The notes below the pieces were generated by a model. That model worked only from the letters and a program-made list of their open reading frames with translations, did no database searches and had not been told where the DNA came from. Below are positions 1 to 11,700 of a DNA stretch of 64,000 nucleotides, piece after piece; positions within the stretch are counted from its first letter, which is position 1, and each line of letters starts with the position of its first letter. Source of the DNA: Macrostomum lignano (taxonomy: Eukaryota); contig NIVC01000591.1 of NCBI GenBank assembly GCA_002269645.1, positions 496,001-560,000 of the forward strand. Reading direction: 5' to 3'. The translations under genes and the position numbers were made by a program.

Positions 1-257
1 TGATGTGATGAACCACTGCTGGCCGCAGCGTGCGTCTGCGTCGTGGCATGTCAGGTCCGCTGATACGTCAGCAGACACAGTCAGCATCTCGGTCTTCAAT
101 ATGCTGACAACGCTTGAACCCACCTCTTTCTGTGCTTTCAACAGACGAGAATAAGAGGCTGAGGTCACCAGCGTTGCCAAACAAGCTTAGGTGTTTTTTG
201 CCGCTGTGGCGAACGATGCGTCTCCACAACAGATAAAAAAAGCAGGAAGAAATCTCT

Positions 258-2180
258 CCATTTCAGCATTCGAGGTGTGCCACGAAGCTCACAGATGTTC
301 AATTGAAAAGATATTTTTGGTGTAAAGTCTACTCAGATGTTATATTGCAAAAATGCTTTTAGTTTAATTTTAAAAAGATTTTCCTTGCTGTAGTATGCAT
401 TTGATTTTTTTGTACAGTCACCTCTACGTCGTAAATTCTAAAGAAAATTCACTCCATTTCAGCATTCGAGGTGTGCCACGAAGCTCACAGATGTTCAATT
501 GAAAAGATATTTTTTGTGTAAAGTCTACTCAGATGTTATATTGCAAAAATGCTTTTAGTTTAATTTTAAAAAGATTTTCCTTGCTGTAGTATGCATTTGA
601 TTTTTTTGTACAGTCACCATCTACGTCGTAAATTCTAAAGAAAATTCACTCCATTTCAGCATTCGAGGTGTGCCACGAAGCTCACAGATGTTCAATTGAA
701 AAGATATTTTTGGTGTAAAGTCTACTCAGATGTTATATTGCAAAAATGCTTTTAGTTTAATTTTAAAAAGATTTTCCTTGCTGTAGTATGCATTTGATTT
801 TTTTGTACAGTCACCATCTACGTCGTAAATTTTAAAGAAAATTCACTCCATTTCAGCATTCGAGGTGTGCCACGAAGCTCACAGATGTTCAATTGAAAAG
901 ATATTTTTGGTGTAAAGTCTACTCAGATGTTATATTGCAAAAATGCTTTTAGTTTAATTTTAAAAAGATTTTCCTTGCTGTAGTATGCATTTGATTTTTT
1001 TGTACAGTCACCTCTACGTCGTAAATTCTAAAGAAAATTCACTCCATTTCAGCATTCGAGGTGTGCCACGAAGCTCACAGATGTTCAATTGAAAAGATAT
1101 TTTTTGTGTAAAGTCTACTCAGATGTTATATTGCAAAAATGCTTTTAGTTTAATTTTAAAAAGATTTTCCTTGCTGTAGTATGCATTTGATTTTTTTGTA
1201 CAGTCACCTCTACGTCGTAAATTCTAAAGAAAATTCACTCCATTTCAGCATTCGAGGTGTGCCACGAAGCTCACAGATGTTCAATTGAAAAGATATTTTT
1301 TGTGTAAAGTCTACTCAGATGTTATATTGCAAAAATGCTTTTAGTTTAATTTTAAAAAGATTTTCCTTGCTGTAGTATGCATTTGATTTTTTTGTACAGT
1401 CACCATCTACGTCGTAAATTCTAAAGAAAATTCACTCCATTTCAGCATTCGAGGTGTGCCACGAAGCTCACAGATGTTCAATTGAAAAGATATTTTTGGT
1501 GTAAAGTCTACTCAGATGTTATATTGCAAAAATGCTTTTAGTTTAATTTTAAAAAGATTTTCCTTGCTGTAGTATGCATTTGATTTTTTTGTACAGTCAC
1601 CATCTACGTCGTAAATTCTAAAGAAAATTCACTCCATTTCAGCATTCGAGGTGTGCCACGAAGCTCACAGATGTTCAATTGAAAAGATATTTTTGGTGTA
1701 AAGTCTACTCAGATGTTATATTGCAAAAATGCTTTTAGTTTAATTTTAAAAAGATTTTCCTTGCTGTAGTATGCATTTGATTTTTTTGTACAGTCACCAT
1801 CTACGTCGTAAATTTTAAAGAAAATTCACTCCATTTCAGCATTCGAGGTGTGCCACGAAGCTCACAGATGTTCAATTGAAAAGATATTTTTGGTGTAAAG
1901 TCTACTCAGATGTTATATTGCAAAAATGCTTTTAGTTTAATTTTAAAAAGATTTTCCTTGCTGTAGTATGCATTTGATTTTTTTGTACAGTCACCATCTA
2001 CGTCGTAAATTCTAAAGAAAATTCACTCCATTTCAGCATTCGAGGTGTGCCACGAAGCTCACAGATGTTCAATTGAAAAGATATTTTTGGTGTAAAGTCT
2101 ACTCAGATGTTATATTGCAAAAATGCTTTTAGTTTAATTTTAAAAAGATTTTCCTCGCTGTAGTATGCATTTGATTTTTT
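258..2180. repeat. 196-197 bp tandem satellite, ~9.8 copies, in a Cav1 intron
   Basis: Unit starts at 258, 454, 651, 848, 1044, 1240, 1437, 1634, 1831, 2028. Confidence 0.97.
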
Positions 2181-2512
2181 GTTTATTTATTTTCGTGGAA
2201 CTGAACGTGGAACTGAAAATCCGGTCATATAGGTAAGAAATATTTGACAAATTTCAAATAGAACTTCCTCAAGAAGATGGTTCGAACCACCGTCAAATGA
2301 GTCATCAGATTGAACGATGTATGTGAAAAGCTGTCCTGCTTTGTGTGCTAGTCATGTGATTGATCTTATTTGATAGCGGCGTATAAAATGAGAACTATGC
2401 AAATAAACTTGCTTTCATGCTTATCACTAGCTTCATCAGAAACCTACAAGTACTAAATCAAATAATTATTTATTCACTATTCATTAGTCATTATTATTCA
2501 ATCCCTTCCTAC

Positions 2513-2720
2513 CGCTAACGCAGTCGAGCAGAATTTCCTGCCAAGCTTCCCCAGTGGCCGATCTGAACAGCACCAAAGAAGCGGCAAAGAACGTTCGAAA
2601 ATTGTTATTCCGATTGATCTGAGTATGCGCGTTCAGGCGGATTTTGCCGAACATTTGCATGCCGATGACAGCGTAGATGAAGAATAGCATCAAAATTAGC
2701 AGGGCCACGTAGGGCAGGGC
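2513..2720 (-). CDS. CACNA1 (Cav1): Cav1 exon 22 (IVS5, pore IV)
   Basis: [26 protein letters not shown]...[18 protein letters not shown]. Confidence 0.94.
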
Positions 2721-5700
2721 CTAAATTGAACAGTTTTGGTTAAATCGTCAATCTTAACCTTTCAGTGCAGTATAAGACACCCCAGTAAAACAAAATGCAT
2801 AGACCTACTTGAAAAGACTTGATGAATGTCCACAGCAGAGTTCGCAAGTGTTCTCCTCTATTTAGCAGCTTGACAAGACGCATCGCTCGAAACAGACGGA
2901 AGAAGTTTATTGATATTGTTGTTTTTCCGGCCTGTAGTGACAAAGAAAAGAAATCGAATCAATTAGTTGAAGCAGTTTCATGTCCTAAATAGTTTGCTTT
3001 AATCCGGTGCAAAACTTTTCTTTCAAAATTTGTATAAGTAGACCGCTCGCGCCATCGATGAAAAAAATCAAGCAATTAATGATGAAGCATGAATTATTTG
3101 TACATAATAAAAGCAGGGTAATGCTACATCAAAGTTACGTGCTACATTGCCAAACAAAAATGCTGAAAAAATATTTCAGTACAAGCTTAACAGCAAACTA
3201 TCGTAATTGCATTTTAGGTAGGTCAATTTTTTGACTCAATCGAATAAAATTTATTTCCAGCTGATCTTGGTTTCCACTACAGGGCAATCATTTTATGCAC
3301 CTTTCTGACGCTCGGTTATATCGGAAGGACAAGAAAAAACTATCGTATCGCACTCATAATTTATCGTAGAGTATGCTTATATGTTGTTCAAACTTTTATA
3401 CCTTATGTCGCTCTATAAAGCTTTTTATGTACATTTTTATGCACTTCTATATTAATGTTTATATAACCAGCACCAGTTTTTATTCAAATACTAAACAATG
3501 AACTTTACGATACTACATTTGGGATTTGTTAGCAGGGTGTAATAACACGGCAAAGCGATAAGCGTACTATAATAAAAGCGAGCCATACAAGCTAACAAAA
3601 AGAGAATGAAACTGTGATTAATTTAGATTTTTCTACACAAATTTGTAGAATTAGGTGGCTGTAGCTCGTACGAGGTAAAAAAATCTTTGTTAGTATGTTA
3701 TATTTAATTGAAAACTACTTGAAGTTATAATTTATGCATCAGCTACATAATACGCTTTTCACAAAAGTACATTGCGTAGAAAACGAATAAACCACAACTT
3801 TTAGTAAGTTTGTTAAGTTTCTTAAAACTTCACTTTCATTGAAGAAAGTCAATCAAAACTAAATTCGGCACAGTGTTAACAAGATTTTTCATTATATCTG
3901 CCTTTTAAATAGCTAATTTATTTGCAAAACTCTACAGCTACCGACAATCCCGTAAGCGTTGGTAGTTGATAGTTTCACGTACGGCAATCCGACGTTCCCG
4001 ACACTCATCTACGTCTCTGACGAAGAGCGGTATGTACTTTTACATTACATCGACGGATGACAACGTCATACGTCGGCTGAACGTCAGTGCAATGTAAAAG
4101 TACATATTTTTCATCGACCTCGATAGACTTTGGGAAGGTCGGATTGCTGTACGTGAAACTTGAATGGTAACAAAAAATTTAGAGATGTTTAAATATTTTG
4201 CATGGACAAAATGACCTACTTAGCAAATATATTATTAGTGTAAGCAACAATAAAATCAAGCAAAAACACAAGCTATTTGTCGTTAGTCTTATAGTAAACA
4301 AATCGAGAAAATTGAAACGGCGCGCGACTTGAAGTTTTCACATACGTGTCGCGAAATGATATTGTGCTGAGAGTCGTGTGGCAGTGTGGTCTTTAATGCA
4401 AGGAGGCATTAAAAAAGTTAAATGAATCGAATTGTTTTGCGGCAAGTCACTTAATACATAATAAATAAATTCGAAGCATTTTTAACTGAGACATAAAGCT
4501 AAATTGCTTTGATACTCATAGCCAAAAAAGTAAATTGTTGAGGTGCAAAAAATGACAAAAAATGACTAAGTTTTCTAGCTAGTGCTGATTATCGCTTAAT
4601 TTATCAATATTTGATGTGAATGTGCAGCGTATTGACCAACATTTTAATTGACACTGTCAACTAGCAACTACCTATTAACTATCAAATTCGCGGTAGTTTA
4701 TGACAATATAAGTACGTACTTCTAATGTAAAAAATATTCTTAACATGCAGAGAAATACAAAAGTTAAAATCAACATAGATTATAATTAATTCTTTCTATT
4801 TCTACCGACGCGTTTCGGACCAACAATGGCCATCTTCAGGGTCTGGTGTATTTTTAACTCACACAACAACTTTATAAGTGAACAAATGTTAACTGTACAG
4901 TCCAAAGGGCATGTCATGGGCAGAATTTTCCAAAAATGTTAAGCATAGATTGCAAGTACATTGTTCAGACTTGTGCCTTTACTTAGAATACCTTGAGCAA
5001 ATGGCCCGCACCACTATGGGAGAGCTGAATATTCAGATTAGGTTTTTGGTCTTTAATGTACATGGATTCAAGTATGTTGAGCCTAAAATCAGTTCTACAC
5101 CGATCAATAATTTTAAACTGCTGAGTTTGCTCAATTTCGCAACAACTGTTGCAACAGAGCAGGTGGTCTTGGATAGCCGACCTTTTCAACCAATGCTCTC
5201 TGACTCTGGTGTACAGGTGCCTTTTAGTTTTACCTATATAGGTAATGTTCTGGTCAACAGAACAAGAGAACTTATACACAACACCTGCCGCCAGAGCAAG
5301 AGGAACATGGGATTTCAGTCTACTAACGTATTGGCCGACCTTAGCAGTGCGGAAAACAATCTTAATAGGCGTGTTAAAGAATTTACGGAAGCTTTTCTCA
5401 ATTTTCTTCTTCAACAGGTTAGAGCAGTTGCCATAGAAAGGCAAGACCATTGTCGGGCAAGTTTTTAACACATCCTTATCAGAAGCAAAACTCGGTTTGT
5501 TCGTCATTTTATTAGAGATGAATCTATTGATTTCACTACAAATGACATTCTTGGGAAATTGATTCATTCTCAGAATTTTGGTGAGATTGTTAACTTCAAT
5601 GTTGAAATTGGTCCAAGAGCTGCAAACCGTGTAGGCCCTATGCAACAAACAACGAATCAGGCCAACTTTCCACTGTCTGGGACACACAGCTCCAAAATTA

Positions 5701-8700
5701 AGCATCAAGTTCGTGAAAGTGGGCTTGCGGTAAACTTTAGTGGAAACTGAATTACTGTGGATGTCAACGTCAACATCAAGGAAAGGGAGTTTCTTGTCAC
5801 CAACTTCAACCGTGAACTGGATGTTTTTGTGAGTGGAGTTCAGAGCAGCAAGAAACTCTTCATGATCCGATCCCCCTTTGAAAATGGCAAAGGTGTCATC
5901 AACGTAGCGCTTGTAGAATCTAGGAGCACATTGCAGGGTCATCCACTCTTTCTCCCAATGAGTCATACAAATGTTGGCAAGAGTGGGCGCAAGGGGGCTA
6001 CCCATCGCGCAGCCATCGGTTTGGCGGTAGTACTTATCATTAAAAAGGAACAGACCAGAGGTGGCAAAGTTCATAAGTTTTTTGAAAGTACTTTTTGGGA
6101 ATTTTGGAGGGACATGCTCATAGACATAGTCAGCGGCCAGATCAATAGCAAACTGCAGAGGAACATTTTTGGAAAATTCTGCCCATGACATGCCCTTTGG
6201 ACTGTACAGTTAACATTTGTTCACTTATAAAGTTGTTGTGTGAGTTAAAAATACACCAGACCCTGAAGATGGCCATTGTTGGTCCGAAACGCGTCGGTAG
6301 AAATAGAAAGAATTAATTATAATCTATGTTGATTTTAACTTTTGTATTTCTCTGCCTGCTAAAGCGTGCTACCTTACCTCAATTTTATTTTGAAATTCTT
6401 CACATGGCCTACACATATAAAACAGCTGTTATTCTCAAATGAGCGTTACACAGGGCACGAACATCTTTTGATCTCAAACAGTTATACCAACTAAGTTGTC
6501 TGTTCTAGGTATGCTTATAATAAAAGTAACTATACTTGGATTAAGTGATTTCAAAAACGAACAAATACTCTATGACTAGAAAGTTTCTATGAATAACAAA
6601 GACTGAATAGCAAGGGTAGCTCTAAGCTAAAAAGAACCTAGCTATTAGTCGACATAGGACCTCTTATTGTGAAAACTTGAATACTGGACAACAGTTTTTC
6701 GTTATAGTTTCGAACACTACAAGCGTAAAACTACAGGACATGGACATGTACATACCGTGAGCTTTCCCGTGATGATATCGATGTACGAACCGAGCACGAT
6801 GATGAAGTCAAATACGTTCCATACGTCGCTGAAGTAGTTCTGAAATGCCATATTTGCTTTTGCTTTTCAATTGACTCTTAATCTATAAAATTTCTCAGTA
6901 ACCAGTATCCAAAGACTCACTCTAAAGCTGAAAGCAATCAGTTTCAGCACAAACTCGATGGTAAATATGGCCGTAAATATCATGTTGAGATAGTCCAACG
7001 CTAAGCTGTACGCGTCTGGTTGACCTTCAAACTAAAATATATGAATGTAGGAAAAAAATTACGAGCACCTGTTTGATAGCAAGGTATATTTGTTCGATAA
7101 CTACATACGAGCTATTTTTCTCACCTTCATAGCTAATGCGATAGTATTGAGCATGATAAGCACGAATATTCCGTATTCAAACGGTGTTGAAGTGACGAAC
7201 CACCAGATTTTATAGCGGAACTTCCGCTGCGGTATATATCTCCTGACTGGTTTCGCTTTCAGGGCGAATTCGATGCATTTTCTCTGGGAAAAGTAGAGAA
7301 TATTGGGATAATTGCAAACAAAAAAAGTCTTTTGGTGATATTTTTGCGCGTACATTTTTTCAACCCAAAATCTTCATATATGTAAAACTGTCTGTATTTA
7401 TCGCTCTTATAAAAATTCAGCGCCTTTATTTTATGTTGACTTCACTTTTCTTGTATAACAAATCGTTACTGTATGTCGATCTGAATTATCATTAATTATT
7501 GTCTCGCGTATTCATCTTGATAGATCTCAGAGCATCTACTCGTATGTACGAGCGTACTATAAGTTATGCAAGGACTAATTAAGTAGAAGGATGCCACTCT
7601 CGAAATCAATGACAATTTTGAAGGCATGCTTGCTTGCATTGCAGCTAAAATTTAAAGGCCTCTGGCTCCGGATCAGTTGCAGTTAAAAGGATAATTCTTT
7701 AGCCAGATTGTTCGAAATTTTGTTCTCTTAACATGATGCAATGTTTGACCCTATATCTGCATTTGAGTAAAAGCTACATCGAATATTTCATTGCAGTCAA
7801 AATGAATAATATATAGATTACTCCAAACGTCCTTGATACTATGTAAGTAAAAGATTTTGTGTGAAAAAAAGAAAGATTTTGTATGACAATCCGTCATCCG
7901 GCTCGCAACTTACCTGATTTTTATCCAGCTCGCAGTTCTTGTACTCCTGCTCGCCTTCCTGTTGAAATGTAACAATCACAAAGCCGACAAAAATGTTAAC
8001 CATGAAGAAGGCTATAATGATGATGAATACTATGTAAAATATTGCTACTGGTGGCCGGTTGTTGTAAATGCCGCTCATACTCTCTCCAGCGGAGTCAATT
8101 GATCGATACAGCAGCCTGTGTTGGAGCGGTAGGTAAAAAAACTTATTATGAAAAAAACTAGACAAAATTATCCAAGCTGAAGTCTCTAAGCTAATGAAAA
8201 TTTTGGAAGCTAACGTCGCCCCCAGCCACTCACTTTGGCCAGCCTTCGAACGTAGCCACAGCGAACAAGGACAGCAAAGCATTTGGCACGTTGTCGAAAT
8301 TCAAATCATTGTTAGTCCAAGTTCTGACGCTGTACTCCGGACTGCGAACATCGTTGTTCTTGTAGTAGATAAAGTAGCCCTGGCAATCGGCTTCCACCAT
8401 TTTGGACGGATCGTTGCAGTATTGAAATTTGCCCTTGAACAGTTGGACTCCAATTACGGAGAACATGAATTCGAGAAGAAATGTGACTAGCATGATGTTT
8501 CCAATGCTCTTCACGGCGACAATGACGCACTGGACTACGTGCTGAATGTTTTATATAGCGGAATCAATTGAAAGAGCTGCAGAGTTTTTACTATTACAAA
8601 TAAAGTACATAAAAGATGTATAGTTGTGCCCAAACTACATGTCTGAAAGCACTCTGGACCTTTAAGACCGTAAGCACGTAGAGTCTTAGATATCTCACAT

Positions 8701-11700
8701 GGTAAAAAATTGCACATTCAGTTTAACAAAATTAATTAAGTTTAAAGCGAAGATTTCAACACGTCAAATATTGAAGTCATTTTGACTAAACTTAAACTAA
8801 GCATCAGTACCAGTGTTTCGCAGTCCCTGATAATATTAACAAGTGTCATATATCAAAACATTTCTAATTTCGCTAGCTGGGCGCTACTATGACACGACTC
8901 TAAGTTTCCAGAAAAGCAATTCTTTTTTCGAGTTCTTCACCTTAAGTCCTTTGGCTCGATTAATCGCCCGCAGTGGCCGTAGAACCCTCAGAACTCTAAG
9001 AATCTTCACCACCGAGAACGTGTCGTTTCTGCAGGAGTGAGCAAAAAACAATGACTACCTTTGTATATTAAGAAACATTAGTATGAAAAATAAAGAATAG
9101 CGATTCGATCATTGTTAATAAAAAATACAAACATGCATTTATTTAGGACGAAGCACAGAAAAAGACACAAACCGATGAACCAAAAGTAAATTTTGGTAGA
9201 AAAGAGCTATTTAAACACCCTTAGGCACTTTGAAAGGCAGCAATTTTCGAATAGGTGCATAGCTTCCGATGTTAGCCAAAAAAACTATGAGAAAGCTTTA
9301 ACCTGAGCTCTCCATCAAAAGGTAAATTGGGGCCTACCCGCCAAAAGGTGAATCAGCTCTGAAATTACAAATGGTGTGTCGCTTTGGAGTTCCGTATTTC
9401 TTAGAAAAAGATCTGACTCAAAAATGTTATAATTGATGACAATACGAGCTATATGTAGCTACCAGACAATAGTCATGACATACGGGCGTATATAATCCGT
9501 TTTGACATCTAACTTTTTGTATAGCTAAAACAAAATTAAAAAAAACTACTGAAGCTTTTTAGTTTATTAATGAGTAAATAACCAGAAAATGTATTTCATT
9601 TTTCTAATAAGAATTCGCTTTTGAGCTGGTCTAGATAAGAAATCAATAGGCTGCAAAATACAATAAAAATTAAATCTGAACTAAAGCTGAGCACACAAAT
9701 CTGTCACTCACTCCATAAAGAATGACACCAGTGCTATGACAACTACAAGCAAGTCCAAAAGATTGAATGTGGACCTGCAGTAGGAACCTTTGTGCATAAC
9801 TGCTCCGTAGGCAATCACCTGTGGTGATTTTTTAAATAAAATAAATGTAAATGCAGTAAAACAAACAAAATTGAGGCTATACAGCATCAAAGTAAACATT
9901 CTATCGATTCGCCTTTAATAATTAATGACAGAGTGCTTTTGTGATGTGGTAACAAAAGGTTAGGAGGAGTGCAAAATTACGGAGAATTAGAGACGTGTGG
10001 ATTACAAAACGACATGACAGACACTTAAATGTTTAAAGTAATTGCGCCATATTAGGCGAGGAATTTAACAATGATTGTGTGCGCCTAATTTCACCCTGGT
10101 TAATAATAGCTGATGCCTAATTTGTTGGTTTGCTTTATCAAAACTAAACTGTTCTGTCAAAAATGAATACATTTCAGAAACTCTGACGACAAAACTCTGA
10201 CGTCTTGGCATCCTAGGTTCTGCAGTTAGATTTGGTATATATTCATACAACCATTGATTCAAAATATTTTATACGTAGCTCGTGGACTAATTAAACTTAG
10301 GAAGATTGTAAGATTTTTTTAGATTTTGTAGTCCCTGCCGTTTCTAATTTTGCTTGCACCATATCTTCTATGCATGCAATTTGCGTTTGTAAACTTGGAG
10401 AAGTGCAGGTGGTACAGTTCTGATTACCAAACAGAAAGAAGAAATCAACCACAAAGCAAGCGACACAGAGTTGGTGAGAGATTTAAACAAAAGTAAGCAC
10501 AAGGATTACGGGTGGTGCAGGTGAGGAATCGATATTTCAATAAATGTTAACCCAATTCCAAGCATAATGAATACTTCAGACTGGGAAACGTACTCTAAAC
10601 AGAATGAGATGATGCTGGTGAATACTACCAGCATGTCCAGCAGGTTAAACGCCTGTCTGCAGAAAGCACCGCGGTGAAAAATAACGCCGTAAGCGGTCAC
10701 CTAAAATCGAAATATTTACGTTTTATTTCTGGTAGAAACTTTCTATTCCTTAAGCTAAAAGATTCTACACCGTCTGCACAGGCAAAATTGGTTAGCGTGA
10801 GAATTCAAGTTAATAAACGAAAACACTGCCTACCTTGAGTAGAATTTCCACGGTAAATACGCTGGTGAAAAATAAGTCGAACTTGTTCAGAATCTGCAAT
10901 TGATCGGTTCTTGATTTAAACCAACAGTGACGATAACAAAAGTCATGGGCTTTTCAGATTTATTAAATTCTTTTCTTTGGTTAAAGAGCGCCCATTGGAT
11001 GATAAGCTCTAAGCTAAGATTGTGGACAGTGATCTTGCGAAAAGTTCCTGAGCACGTACTAACAAAAGTGCTGCATCAATAGAAAAAGGAACTGAGTTAT
11101 CGAACAGAAGAATCGGGCTGGTACACACAGATAATAAATATTCGAAATTTTGAATGGGATTCGCCCAGCACGTCCTGTCATGTCACTTTTCGAAACTTCA
11201 CAAATCACGTGGTCAAGCTAGAAAGCGAGCCTCACCTTATTTCGATTGTTCTGAGAATTAACTGGCTCCTCAGCGGCAAGCATGGCCGAGCTGACCATGA
11301 TGCAGGCGAGCACGACGCTGCCAAAATAGGAGTGATTGCAAATCTTGTGACATAGAACGCGAAAGCTGTTAGTGCTGCTCAAGATGAAAAAGGATGACGC
11401 CTCGGGGATTGGTTGCACTTTCTGCTTCATGTGCAACTCGGACATCCGTCGAGGTCGTGCTGAGGTCACGGGAACGTCTTCGGCGTCAGAGGTTTCGTCG
11501 TCAGTGTTCGGCTTACTCTCCGAGTCTGGAATTCGGATAATGAGGTGGATAATGATATTCGGATAATGATAACGAACTCCGAGCGTTCTTTGCATTTTGA
11601 GCATATGAAAAAATGTTCTAATTAGATTGTACTGGTACTCAGCACCAATGGTGCTTCTGATATACCTGGGCCTTAAAATTCTTGTTGTGTACCCTTGTTG

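Larger units (their letters stand above)
4747..6355 (-). mobile_element. Penelope-like retroelement (PLE), 5'-truncated, with inverted pLTR arms
   Basis: ORF 4983-6191: RT motifs [13 protein letters not shown] and YKRYVDDTF, thumb, GIY-YIG endonuclease VVYKFSC..YIGKT..R..EH..ILESMYI..PNLN. The 194-bp inverted repeat at 4747-4940 / 6162-6355 appears identical by eye. Confidence 0.93.

Noticed and set aside
1-59. Possible next Cav1 exon on the minus strand (..ADLTCHDADARCGQQWFITS), phase-compatible after TATCAG
   Set aside because: Weak acceptor, imperfect match to the CGxxFAxxYF pre-IVS6 motif, and cut by the window edge; needs the flanking sequence
3040-3120. Possible twin IVS3 exon on the minus strand
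   Set aside because: Lacks the WNxFD motif and clear splice sites
4911-5468. Plus-strand 185-aa ORF starting [10 protein letters not shown]
   Set aside because: Antisense to the PLE ORF; the shared N-terminus only reflects the inverted repeat
9819-9899. In-frame stretch upstream of exon 14b ([16 protein letters not shown]) resembling a decayed IIIS2 exon
   Set aside because: Needs several gaps to align; a T-rich pyrimidine tract naturally encodes F/L/I
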